From NCBI GenBank assembly GCA_951406725.2, contig OX597826.1, positions 63,860,001 to 63,924,000 on the forward strand: a stretch of DNA of 64,000 nucleotides, in the 5' to 3' direction. A program made the translations under genes and the position numbers. The stretch is from Octopus vulgaris (Eukaryota). The notes beneath the pieces were generated by a model. That model was not told where the DNA came from, searched no databases, and saw only the letters and a list, made by a program, of their open reading frames with translations. This document shows, one piece after another, positions 1 through 14,000 of this stretch (within the stretch, counting starts at the first letter, position 1; every line of letters begins with the position of its first letter).

Positions 1-1
1 G

Positions 2-148
2 ATTGAGTGTTTGCTTCCAGCACCAAAAAGGTACTGTCACCAAAACAAACCGAATGTCCAGTTGACAGTGTCAAATCCTGTGTCCACACAGTTGTGCCAA
101 GTCATCTCATTCCATTTAGAGTGCTATGATTCAACAGCTGACCCTTGA
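2..148 (+). CDS. Possible 3' end of an unidentified plus-strand gene (…IECLLPAPKRYCHQNK…HLECYDSTADP*)
   Basis: 48 open codons from the window edge to TGA at 146-148, less AT-rich than what follows, then about 1.4 kb of largely repeat-free UTR-like DNA. No homology recognised. Confidence 0.3.
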   Translation: MECLLPAPKRYCHQNKPNVQLTVSNPVSTQLCQVISFHLECYDSTADP

Positions 149-1540
149 TGCTTTCCTAATAAGAAAGCAGTGTTAAATAGTTCTTCATTTGGTTAAAACA
201 TTATTAGGCTTCTAACCACACTAGAACATTCTTAATTATTAAACATTAGTATAGCAATTAAATGATGATAGCATTGCTTCTATATTTTCTCATTATCCAA
301 TAACTGAGCAACACGATACAACTGAAAAAATTATTGGGGTAAATCTTCAAAAAGGAACAATAAATACATTTAGTTTGTATTGTATGATGATTGTTGCCAA
401 ATTAGAGTTTACTTTCATATGCAAAAGATCACAGCAGTATGACATTGTCTAAATAGTATTGTATTTCAAAAATAATTCATATTTTGGAGGCAGAACTATT
501 GCTAGAAAAAATACTCTGAGATTCTCAGAATAGTAAAATTATATTAATCTGATATGTAAATTTTTATATATTTTTTTTTTGTATAAATTTAGAAATAAAT
601 CTTATTTTTAAAAAAAATAATAACAAGAATAACAATTAGTTGATATGATTGATCTAAAATTATTCAAACAATTCAATGATGTTTAAATATTAATTTGTTA
701 CACATGTTGGTATAATACCTTGCAATTATAGGGTTTGAATCAAGAAACTGTGCAACATTCATCATTCTGTTCACAAGAGCATTAGCAATCAAGGTAAGTT
801 GATTTAAACTGGATGCAAGCGGGAATCGAAACTAAAGACCCAGATTTTGATTGCCAGGAGTTCATTTATACTCCAAAGTGTTCTTCACCGCACAATGATA
901 TTTAGATATAGATATATATATTAAAAGAAACTTAGTGTAAGTTTTCAAATATGAAAAAAAACCTACACTGAAATCAATTTAATCAGTCACTGAAGAGCAA
1001 GAAACTATTTTAACAGGGAGCCCATCAAGAATGAAAGCTTCATTTTATAATGGCAAGAATGAGTACTTGCAATAAAATAACAGGACAAAATATATCTGGA
1101 AACCAAGTCAGAAATGCATGATATAACGTAACTTATAGCATAACATATTGAATTTACAGGTGTAGTAGAATCCAAGCAACTACGTAGCAGTAATAAAACA
1201 AGTTATAATATGATATATAGAATATGAGACAGTATTTTTTGATTGGTATATCAGTTGGTGGGTGGATACAGTTTCACAGTTTAATCAAACATTTGCATCG
1301 ACTTCTTATTTAGGTGCATGACCCTTATTTAGGTGCATTCAATGATTGAGGGTATATTTTCGTTCTTATTTCTTTTTAATTTAAAATTACTGGTAGCAGG
1401 AAATTTGACAATGATAACAAAATAAAAATTAATCAATACATTTTTAAATAGTTAAAAAGAAAAAACAGAGCAATTTATTTACAAGACAGAATTTAGCAAA
1501 ACCGAGTAAATTAAAACCCAATTTTATATATATATGTATA

Positions 1541-2062
1541 CCGTAAATCTTCGAGTATAGTCCGCCCTTGAGTATAATATGCAGAGGATTTTTAGGGGAC
1601 TGTACTTCTGAAAAAACCTAAATCTTGTGTATAATACACACCCCTTCTCTAACTTGAGTCGTGCGTAATTAAGCCAGCAGCACCTAGTCGAACAAACACT
1701 TCCGTGCATATGTAATACAATAATGGTGGTGTTCTTAACTGTTATATGGGAATGTAAATATGTTTGCAAATTGTTTTTGTTACATGTTATTCTGTGTTCT
1801 GAATACTTTTATTTTAATAAGTGTTGCTTACTGCAAGTTATGAATGATCCCTTTATGACTTCCTTGCTTTCAGGTTTAGCTTAAGGTATTTTCGTGCCTG
1901 GCATCACAAAATGCGTCTGAATAAACATTGCCGACAGCAAATAGAGACTCGGACATTGCTTAGAAAATATTTTTCATTTTTAACCTCGTATATAGTACGC
2001 ACTAGGGATTTTGACCTTTAAATTTTGGGAAAAAAATGCAGATTATACTCACGGATTTACGG
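1541..2062. mobile_element. Tc2/pogo-like non-autonomous DNA transposon (MITE)
   Basis: ~26-bp imperfect TIRs CCGTAAATCTTCGAGTATAGTCCGC / GCAGATTATACTCACGGATTTACGG; TA on the left flank; no coding capacity. Confidence 0.75.
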
Positions 2063-2321
2063 TGTATATACACACACACACAAACAATTTTTGCGAATAA
2101 TGTAAAGTTCAATGCCTTACAATGTCACAGTAATTAACAGTTTCATCCCAGATAAGAATTGTCAGATGATGGAGTCTTGCACAATACAAGGATGCCTGAA
2201 AGGGATAAAACTGCTGGACAAAGTGAAGCAGTGAATTTTCCAATACTTGCACCAAAATTTTGCAACTGTAATAAGGTCTCTCTTTCTTTGAATTAGTTGT
2301 ACTTAGTATACTAGACTTACT

Positions 2322-2361
<40 letters not shown>

Positions 2362-4434
2362 ATACATACACACACACATATACATATCCTAAGTAAAAAA
2401 AAAATGATAAAAAGAATATAGTGAATTTGCTGTGAAAAGTGAAACAACTGACATTTCAGGTCTTTCTTCAGGAAAAACTTAAAAGGAGATAATAAATGAG
2501 AGACAATTATCTCTCATTTATTTTTCTTCTTTCAATTTCTCCCTGAAGAAGCACATAATCCAAAACACTGGATTTTTCACTTGTATACAGCAAGTTCACT
2601 GCTCACTTTTTTATTGACTTTACTACATAAATCGTGCCAACACAGGCCAACATTAGCCTCTTTGAAGTCTGATTATATATATATATATATGATGTAATAC
2701 CTGACAACATTACAGTTGCTTCAATAGATGTATCTTATCCAAGGTAAGAATAAATGTATTATAAAACAGTGGCTTTTATACATGTACTGACATGGAAAAA
2801 TAATCAGCATCATGGTACTAACAAAGGAAAATGGTTATTTGTTGGAAGCAACAATAGATATTATAAAAAAGGGAAAAGGAAAAGGATGGAACAGAAAAAA
2901 GATGAAACTGATGGAAAGAAGAATCAAGCTTATCTCAGAAAAGTATCAACAGAACAATACAGTACAGAAATAGGGAAAAATCATAGCAGTTGATTGACAG
3001 CTGACCGGGGAACAAAAATTGTGACATGAGAATTGGAGAAGAACTATAAATGATAGTTGTAAAAAAATCTATAAGTAGGCTGATAAATATATTACTTTTA
3101 GAAGAAATATATTGACCCTTTTTTGTAGACTCATGCTTCTTATCTCTCTGCCTTTTACCAGTTTATTTGTATATAACATCCTGGTGAGCCTTGTATTATT
3201 ATATCTAACCTTGACTTAATTGGTGCTTATTTTAATTTCGCTTTCCAGTAACTAAATTTATTTGTAATGTCTCATCTGAGATACGATCAGTGGCTCGCTT
3301 AACTCCCCTATACTCTATATTCTGCATACACGTGCACCAGCGATTTTCTTGCATGTCGTTTAATTCTGATAAATTACAAGGGAGAACTTGAAATTCCTGT
3401 GTCCATCAGTTTAGTTCACTGTGCGACCAGAGGTGGCGCTACGTGTATACATTTATTACTTACACTCTACTTGTGAGTGGCAATACCAAACTTTTGAGGC
3501 AATTAAGAACTGAGAATGCCAATGAGTGGCATTTCACAATGAGGATTAAATTGCTACAAACTAAATTAATGTATAAGTGACTGAGTATTATACTCATTAT
3601 TTTCGGGCTGAAGAATCAACATGACACAGTGTGTGACATGGATGTACCTCTTGAATTATGTGTACAATCCTCCCTACCCAAACAAAATTTTCTACAGTTT
3701 TCATCCAATTTCACTCACAAGATATATATTGACATGAGGCTTTAGAAAATGGCATTTATCCAAGATGCCAGGCAGAGGAATTGAACCCAGAACTTCATGG
3801 TTATGAAGTGAACTGCTTAACCATACAGCCATACTTTACCTACCATTTCATACTACAATAAAGTATAATCTTCCAGCATTTCTTTTCCTTTTGGTTCTAA
3901 TTCTTTATTTGTCACATTTAACACGTTCATGTCCATTCAGACGTGAGAAGACCTTTCACAGCAGAAATAATTTCAGAAGAAAATTCTCCTCCTTGATATG
4001 ACTGAAAACACATAATGGGCTGTGAATGACTTCATTGGATCACAGGATGAATGCAATTCTGCATCCTTTTACTTTGTTAATCTACAAACACTGAATTTGT
4101 CATTCACAGCCCAACAAGAAGAAAATTATTCCTAATAAAACGGCATATGGTACATTTTCTGATGCTCCTAAAGCTTGGTCCAAGCTAGAATTAAATGAAT
4201 TATATCAAACAAATGTCCACAGTGGAAGGTCCTCACATATTCAAATACACTTGGACATGTTAAAAGTAACTTTACACAAATGAAATATATTCAACACTGT
4301 TTCATGTGACAATATTTCTCTATTTGTATTTTTTTTTATATTGGTTGGCTATATTTCTATTACTGACAGCATCAATTATTACTATCACTACATAGCTATA
4401 TTTCTTCATACTACCATATATATATATATATATA

Positions 4435-4836
4435 GGCATAGGAGTGGCTGTGTGGTAAGTAGCTTGCTTACCAACCACATGGTTCCGGGTTCAGTCCCAC
4501 TGCGTGGCACCGTGGGCAAGTGTCTTCTACTATAGCCTCGGGCCGCCCAAAGCCTTGTGAGTGGATTTGGTAGACGGAAACTAAAAGAAGCCCGTTGTAT
4601 ATATGTATATGTATATATATGTGTGAGTTTGTGTGTCTGTGTTTGTCCCCCTCAACATCGCTTGACAACCGATGCTGGTGTGTTTACGTCCCCGTAACGT
4701 AGTGGTTCAGCAAAAGAGCCCGATAGAATAAGTACTAGGCTTACAAAGAATAAGTCCTGGGATCGATTTGCTCGACTAAAGGCGGTGCTCCAACATGGCT
4801 GCAGTCAAATAACTGAAACAAGTAAAAGAATAAGAG

Positions 4837-4838
<2 letters not shown>
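4435..4838 (+). mobile_element. SINE family A copy
   Basis: Near-identical to 47932-48352 over its full length. Confidence 0.9.
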
Positions 4839-4890
<52 letters not shown>

Positions 4891-5559
4891 CATACATAAG
4901 CCCAACAGATGCTGGATGAGTCTATTTATATATACTTGCAAAATTTATTCACTGCATTTAATATAGAATTTTGCACCATTCATTCCTAGAAATATTCAGC
5001 TTTTAATCTTGGCAATGATTAGCTAATCACTCATTGCATAGTGACTCAGTATATAATGTTTAATTAGCTTTTTATTTTTAATCACTAAAAATCCTTTTCA
5101 AGCTATTTATTCCATTTATAGATTTTGTCAACTCTCATTTATTGTTTTCTCCAACTATCATTTATAATTTTCTCCATTTCTCATGCAATAATCTTTGTTT
5201 CCGGTTCAATTGTCAAACAAATGTTATGTGAAATTTCCATAATCCATGTATGGAGGAAATATGCATGATCTTACTGCATAGCATATATACACACACACAC
5301 ACACACACATTTATTAAAGGTTAACTACCTTAGAATTGAACAAGCACTTCAACACATGGATTTTCAAATGTACTGTTGAAAAGATAACTGAAGTGAAATA
5401 TTTGTAAAATATGTAATACTTAATAAATGAATAGATACTCTACATCATTATGTATTGAAACAGCTGTAAGGTGTGTAATACTCTACATTATTATATATTT
5501 ACAAACTGGTGGTCTTCTCAATCTTCTTTCTAGGACTTATAAATAATATATGCATATTC

Positions 5560-5611
<52 letters not shown>

Positions 5612-5919
5612 GGTTGTGTGTTTGTGTTGTGTGTGTATATGCATGCACATGTGTGTGTGTATGCATGTGTTGTGTATGCAGGCATGCACATGTGTGTTTG
5701 TAATGTGTGATCTTAAATGTTTACCACTTAGTAAGTCATGCTAAAAGATGACAACCAACTGAAAAGAAAAATACATTATAAGTAAATAGTAACATGAAAG
5801 TGATGTCCATCAGTTAGCAGAAGATATCCACCTCAGCTAACAACTGAATGAAATTGTTGGTTACAGACCTATTCGGTGGTTGAAGATCAGTTCATTGGCT
5901 ACTGTGAGCAACATGCACT

Positions 5920-6012
5920 TTACGACGCCGATGACTTCTCCAGCAGAGCTAATTGCATTATGGGTAAAAGTGCCCGGAAGCCTTCATCAATATATGAACT
6001 GCTATTTGATGC
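5920..6012 (-). CDS. FAM114A2: FAM114A2 last coding exon ([30 protein letters not shown])
   Basis: ttgtttag| then 31 codons ending TAA at 5922-5920. Confidence 0.9.
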   Translation of the reverse strand, partial: ASNSSSYIDEGFRALLPIMQLALLEKSSAS

Positions 6013-6478
6013 CTAAACAAGTACATGAAAAACACAAGAATTAGCAAGGTGCATGAAATATTGAGAGAAGGAATTTTTTTTTTTTTTTTGATGGACAGAA
6101 AAATTTACATTGAAATATTGTACAGACAAGAAAGTAATATTTCAAATGCAGTATAGCTGTGAAAACAGCAGAAAGATTGATTATTATTACCCTTATAAAA
6201 CAGAAAAAATTTTAAGTTATAACTTAAAATTGAATAGAAGATCTGAAATCCACCTGATGAATGTCCTTAGAAGAGACCAACGTTATGAAAAACATAATAA
6301 AAGTTTGTTTATGTATGTTGTTGTTGCATTACATAGAAATGTTTTTAGTGTTTTCTTTAACTTACAAAGGGTATCTAAAAGTGTTTATTATTATTATTAT
6401 TATTTATTTTTTGATGTATCATTTAGTCAGTTGGAAGTTAACCCCATGATCTCTACAGGGTCTAAAATAACAGAAGGA

Positions 6479-6511
<33 letters not shown>

Positions 6512-7378
6512 ATGAACTGATTTTATACTACACAAGCTCTAGTCAATGTGGTGTGAATTCTAATGAATTCTTTTAAAATTTCACACCAGTAGAAAAAAAG
6601 CTAGTTGAAAAGTTGCTTTTTTCCAATGGGTGAGGAACTTTGAAATACATTTACCAAAAAAATGAGAACATCAATACATATACACATTTACACATACATA
6701 CATGATTATGTACATACATACATGCATACATCATGCACACACCTACATACAAATAGGTCAGTATAGAGAAATACTTATGCATAAATTTATTCAAACAAAA
6801 CAGTAGACATCAAAATAATGTATAAAAAAAGCATTCATTTCTTACTTCAAGATAAACATTAGTTATGTATTGGTTGACAGACTTCTTTTCACTCTCCTCT
6901 TCCTGCAAGAGGTAAACAAAAATCAGTTGAATAATTAACAGCTACATTAAGTAAGACACACAGATTACTATTTGGAACTAATCCTGCCTCTATTGTTAAC
7001 AATGATTTTTTTACCCAGCCCAGTAGTTATTTGTGACATCAGTAATTGGATTTCTTAATTGTTTTTTGATATCAGTAGAGATGAAATTTTGTCAAAGTAT
7101 ATAGTTTATAGTGGACACTTTCTAATAATGGCTCACAAATATGCAGAAATCCTGGGATCTAGTTTTTCCATCATGGCTTGGTGGATGCTTTTCATCTTCT
7201 ACTGATATCTCTGTGCTTCTTTTTTTTTTTTTAGCACTATATGTCTATATGAGATGCTTTATCAAGAAGCAAATATCACAATATTGTGGCTTCCTTACAG
7301 TATATTCGCATTAAGTATGATTTCCAGATTGTTATTCAGAACTAAAATTGTTTCAGTCACAAATCACAAATAATGAAA

Positions 7379-7420
<42 letters not shown>

Positions 7421-10400
7421 CATGGTTAAAACAAGTCAAAATGAAAAACAATACATATTGCAAGTAATAATCTGTGCTCCAAGACCGATTTATGTAAGTG
7501 GAATATCAAAAGATAAATTTGGAAAATAATGACAAATTTCTAGAGAAACTTGTAGAGAACACCACTGCATGGCATTGGAATACCAGTGTATGAAATAGTA
7601 GTAGTAAAAGAGAATTCTGTAAAAGAACAATACTTACAGCAATGACTGTATTGAGACATTTGGCGAATTTGGTTGATAGAATGTTAATTTCAGTCCAGAA
7701 TATTTTGGTCAAACTGAAGAAACAAGAGAGAGAAAAAAATATCTAAATTTACGAAAAATGAAAAATTTGAATTTTGACACATTATTCACTGAATCTGTTT
7801 TTAACAAACATATATACATACTAAACTTGGTTGCTGGAATTTGTTAGTAAAATCTAGCTTCTGTAAGAATATACGAATAAGTATTTCAAACGGATGGTGT
7901 GTCCTGGTGATGAGTAAGGGAGATAATCATTTCAAGATAAACGTTGGCAGGATTAGAAGTTTGAATTTTAAACCTAAGACCAATAAGACCAAGGAAGAAA
8001 ACGCATAAGATGTACATATTTAATTATTTTTCTTACTCATTACAAGGATCTTATGTATCATACTTAATGTACATACCCATTGATAAGCCAGTTAACTGCA
8101 ATATATGTACTGAGATAACACATCTCTTATAGATGTGCTGTGTGAAAGATGTTATCTCAGGGTGTTATCTCTGCAGTAACTGGTCTATTAACGGTGAATA
8201 TACCTTTTATCTTTTACTTGTTTCAGTCATTAGACTGCAGCTATGCTGAGGCACTAACTTGAAGAGTTTTTAGTCAAATGAAATGACCTCAGCACTTTCT
8301 TTTCCATTAAGCCTGGTACTTATTCTAGCAGTGTCTTTTTCTGAACTGCTAAGTTATCGGGACATAAATGAACCAACACTGGTTGCCAAGTGGTGGAGGG
8401 GGACAAACACATACACACACACACACAATGGGCTTTTTTCAGTTTCCATCTACCAATTCTACTTACAAGGCTTTGGTTGGCCCAAGGTTATAGTAGAAGA
8501 TACTTGCCCAAGATGCCACACAGTGGGAGTGAACCTGGAGCCATGTGGTTGGAAAGAAAGGTTCTTACCACACAGCCAAACCTACATAAAGTATGATACA
8601 CAGCTAGCAATAGAATACATGTCTTAATATGCAAATACTACCTTATTTATGGGATTGTTTGTGTGTGATCATCATCATCGTTAAATGTCTGCTTTCCATG
8701 CAAGCATGGGTTGGACGATTTGACTGGGGACTGGTGAACCAGATGGCTGCATCAGGCTCCAATCTGATCTGGAAGAGTTTCTACAACTGGATGCCCTTCC
8801 TAATGCCAACCACTCCGAGAGCGTGGTGGGTGCTTTTACATGCCACTGGCACGAGGGCCAGTCAGGCAGTACTGGCAACGGCCACGCTCAAATGGTGTTT
8901 TTTACAGGCCACCTGCACAGGAGCCAGTCCAGCGGTACTGGAAACGACCTCGCTCAAATGTTTTGTGTTTATGTATATTCCTATAGTCAGTAGGTATATC
9001 TGTTTACATTTTTTCTACAAAAATTTATAAAATAAGAATGATATACTTCTAACAAAAAACTGTATATTTGATTGACACACACAATGTAAAAAGTAGACAA
9101 TAATCTTAACGCTCCACTACTAATTTTATACAGCTAATCAGGCTTATTGTTGTCACAAGTCTTCCCTGAAAAGTGATATACATGATAGTGACTTCTGTGG
9201 TTATATATGAAACCAACAGTATATTATTTAGTTGTCTTCATACATAAACATGTCTAAATATGTGTGTGCGTGTCTGTCTGAGTGGGCATGGAAATATATG
9301 CATCTAAGACAATCAATACACAAACAGGAATGAGTTTAAAGAATAAAACGAAATCAGAATCTATTCTATAAAATGAGGTTGAGAAATTAAAGAAAAATAT
9401 AGGTAAAACAAATAACATGAGAAAAAATAAAAAAGAAAATGAGAGAGAGAGAGAGAGAAAGCAATGTACCTGGCAAGGTTTTTGGCACGATCTTCAACAC
9501 TTCGTTCGACATCACTTTGCAAAAGGATCAGTTCCCCAGCTTTGTGGAACTGTTCAATTATTTTGGCTGTCAGTTCAGCCATTGACTGGATTGCAACTGT
9601 GTAAATTTCCTATAGTTATAAATATACATAATGTTAGTATTTAATATGGAATTATAGTATTTAAAGAATAAAAGTGTGTGTGTGTGTGTTGGTAGTAATA
9701 ATAAGGCTAGTTGGAAGAAATGAAAGGATGGTTCCTTAGTTTATTTATATACTGGTACAGAAAGTCTTCAAATTTTCTAAGAAAATAAATCAAGTAAATA
9801 AAGCTGAGTATAAACATTATTATATTTAAGAATTCTTTTGTCTAATGCTTGAGAACGTTTGTGCTCTACTATTTTATTCCATTTCATTTCCTACTCCTGA
9901 ACTATATGGGAGTACTCCCTAACTGTATGGCGGTTTTATGTTAAAACTGGCCAGATCTGGCCTCTTACACCTACCCAACAATGTCATTCTGAAAATAAAC
10001 AACCACATCATTGAAATCTCACAGTTATGACACAATGTATGATTAATTCAAAACAATGTGATTAAAAAAGCATTATACTTGACAAAATAACCTAAATACT
10101 AAAGGGTTAACAGTTCCATTAATCCACTGCCCAGGATTAGTAATTCTTTTTTTTATCAATCTTGAAAGGATAAAAGGCAAAGTTGCCCTCAGTAGGATCT
10201 GAGCATAAAGTCAAAAGTTACACAGATAACTGTAACACGACATCTAACATCTTTGTCTGTTAAACCATTTTCTTTAAGAAAGTCTAATACAATGAATTTC
10301 TATCGACCTTGTATCTCTTGTGTTATTTTCTATCATGAATCTCAATAAAAGCTACTTAGTTGACTCTTGTAATTGAAAGAAGAAAAAAAAACAAAAAAAA

Positions 10401-11022
10401 GACAAAAAATGTAAATAAATCCCTTCTGAAATTGTCAACTGTGAAGAAGAAAAAAGAGTATATTAAGTCACATATTATGATCCTTATTGATTGTATAATC
10501 CAGGAGCTTGTGAAGATATTAGCTAATTAATTACTAAATCTCTAGTAATACCAGTCCTTTATAACTAAATATTTTCATTTGATCAGTATTGTAGTTAACA
10601 TTCCCTCAACATTGAATGTTATGCATATGCTGTTTTTGCAATATTAGAAACAGATGACTAACTTAAACACAGGTGGTTATATCTTTTGTTGTTTTGTTTT
10701 TTTATGCATTTATATTGATGCATTACAAAATATTTTTCTCATTTCAGAGATACTGTTTTTCTTCTATGATAAAGTATGAGATATTTTGATACAGCCATTT
10801 TGGCCCTGCCTATTTGGCATTGCAGATTTGACACTCGGAGCTTTGTCCCCAGGAACTTTTGGCATCATAAAAATTTTGTTTTTGTTCTAGTTAACAACTC
10901 ACTTAAGCAACTACTAAACAGCATTTAATTTCCTGCTTCACTTTGTGTGTAAGACAGCAACTGTTTATGTCAATCAGTTTCAATCTATTATTTGTAATCT
11001 CTCTATCTCTGTATGGATATAG

Positions 11023-11077
<55 letters not shown>

Positions 11078-14000
11078 TGCGCGCGCTTGAGTGTGTGTGC
11101 GTACACACACCTCTAGTTCCAAACAGTGTTGTTGCCAAAACAGTTTCAGCATTCAATCAGATTGGCCAAATAGCCAGCTTCCAAACAACCACAACAAATC
11201 AGCTCGTTCTGTCCAGGACAGTAGACCAGCAGATCTAGTCTACTACATAAGTGGAAAATCGGTGTGTGTTTGTTTGTGGCGTTATTAGCTAACTCCTCCT
11301 ACATCGTTTTATTGATTTTGATGAAACTTGACATGTGAGTAGAACTCATGTATGGAAACCTCGTGACATACTTAGATTGTTGAAAAAAATCAATAATACG
11401 GCCCCTGGAAGGGACCTTTATATCTACCTCATATAACCAATTTTTTAAAACAGCCAAAGGAAATAATCCATAGCACCTGTACAATATTTTTTTAAGCACT
11501 CAAGGGAAATAACCCATTTCATTGTTTATGTTCGATTACTTTGAATATTGATTTTTTTGTGTACCCTATTTCTAATTTTTGCAGACAATATCTCTTTTAT
11601 ACTTTATTTGATATGTGAGTAGAATTCATGTCTGGAAACCTTGTGATATACTTAGATTGTTGAAAACAATTGATAATAGGGCCTTTCCAATGGATCCTTC
11701 TATCTACTACATATTACTAATATTTTATTTAAACCCAAGGGAAACAACCAATACCACCTGCAGATTTTAGCGAAGTGATCAATATTTGATTCTCACAATC
11801 AGCCGACCTAGTTCTGCATTTCACTATGGATTATGCAAAAGAAAAAAAGAAAAGGACACACTGAATAATGTAGCCTTAGATATACTATGTCTGAATAAAA
11901 TATAGAATGGTCACAGATGGATTTCCTTTAATTATAGGGGACTAAACAAACAATTAGGGGACTAAACAAACAATTAGGGGACTAAACAAACAACAATAAA
12001 CTACAGCTTCTTTTTAGTTACATGGTTGTTATATAATTTTCCCATTACAGATTTACTTTGAAAAAAAAAGGATTTTCCAAAATAATGAATATATTTCACC
12101 TTGGGATCAGCTGCTTTCTTCTCTTCATCTGTTGAATGAGTTTCAAAAAACTCTGTGATCCATTGCCTTGCGTTGGCTTGACACTGAAGAAAAATTGCAA
12201 GAAAGTAAAGTGAGGTGAACAGAATATATTTTTGTTTTGTTTTGTTCTTTTCATTTGTTTTTCAAAAGGCTTAGTGAGAAGAAGATCAGAGCCCATTAAC
12301 TATCTGGGGTCCCTCAGATTATCAAGGGGGAGAAAGAAAGCTCAGCCAATGGGTTGCTACAATAAGTAACAGCACATCAATATATGGAATAATCCTCAAA
12401 TCTCAGATCCACTCTGAATGCTTAAACAGAGTGAATTCCACTAAAGGCAAGGACCAGGTGTTGTTAAATTGGACAATGGACTAAGACTACCACCCCAAAA
12501 CAGTAACAATCTTGCCAACAGGCTTCTATTGTTTCTGACCACCAAATTTCAGTCACAAAGCTTTGATCAACCCAGTGTTATGATAGAAAATATTTGCTTA
12601 TGATCCAAACAGTTGGTTTGAAACCAAAACATTGTAGTTACAAAGCAAACTTCTTGGCTGCACAACTAGGCCTTACAAAAGAAAAGCAAACTATGCCACT
12701 TCATAATTTTGTTATTCAATTCTTCCTATATTCTCAAAAGTATAAATACAATATTTGAAGTTTACTTCCCAACCACATGGTTTCAGGTTCAGTCCCACAG
12801 TGTAACACCTTGGACAACTGTCTTCTATAGACCCAGGCTGATTAAAGCCTTGTGTGTAGATTTGGTAGCTGGAAACCGTTATGTGTGCGCGTGTGTGTGT
12901 GCATGCGCATGCATGTATGTGGGTGCCTGCATGTATGTGCACATTTGAGTGTATTTACACTATAGGCTATTTTAATACAAGGAGAAAGATAAGTTTGAAA
13001 GCAGAGGCAATGGTGAGGAGTTCTAGCTACATTTTGTCAAACTTCCATACAGTTAAAATGCACAAGTCTCCAATGACCAAGTGGTTAAAAAGTATCAGCA
13101 GAAGGGCACCCAGGAGTAATGGCCAGGATCTGGCCTGGCCCCTTTGAGTGTAAGAAACTAAGGGCCAAAACACTTGCCTTCTCTTCTGAAGACCTTCAGC
13201 TGTTCAGCTATATTGAGAATTTCTTACCACTTATTCAAGATTTTAGAAATTAGAACTCAAGAAACTAAACTAATAATACTGTGTTGTGCTGCACTGACAG
13301 TGTGATTTTGCCAGAGTCTATAGAAAGAACTTTAAATTTGAAAAATGTGACCCCACTTACCTTATTAAGTTTGTCTGGTTGAGCTCCCAGGTGGACATCT
13401 GATAAATGCTCAGTAACAAGACCAACAAACAAGTGGTCTTTATCAAAATCTTCTGCAAAACATAACAAGACAAAACAATTTCTTGTTAGAATTGTAATAA
13501 ACTTCCACTTCCAATTGATTTTATGACAGAATGTAAGATTTAGTTTTTAAAAGACACAAGATGAATCATTTTTTAGAAAGGTTGAGGTGAATCATTTACA
13601 AAATACAATTTTATTGTTTCTGGAAAGGTGAAAAACAAAGTCAACCATGGTATGATTTGAATATAAGATAGTAAAGCAACAAATTGTGAAGTATCTTGTC
13701 TAGCACTCTATCATCTTCACCATCTCCATTGCTATAAATGGAGTAAGAGATAGATCTTTTTTTTTTTTATCATTTATTTGTTTCAGTCACTGGACTGTAG
13801 TCTTGCTGGAGCAACACCCTGAAGGGTTTAGTCAAACAAATTGACCTCAGTACTTATTATTCTTATGTCTGGTACTTACTCTATGGGGGTTTCTTTTGCT
13901 AAAACTTATTGGTCCGGGCAAATTGCCCAACCAGATGACGATGACAATTAAGTCCAACACTCAACATTTTTTTTATATCATTAATAAACAAATAAACAAA

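Noticed and set aside
3420-3442. CTCF-like motif GACCAGAGGTGGCGCT
   Set aside because: Needs a gap to fit the consensus and is a single short match with no supporting context.
6543-6650. Degenerate hairpin in the last FAM114A2 intron (similar short ones at 8119-8160 and 18040-18100)
   Set aside because: Short, AT-rich and imperfect; most likely decayed MITE remnants or chance.
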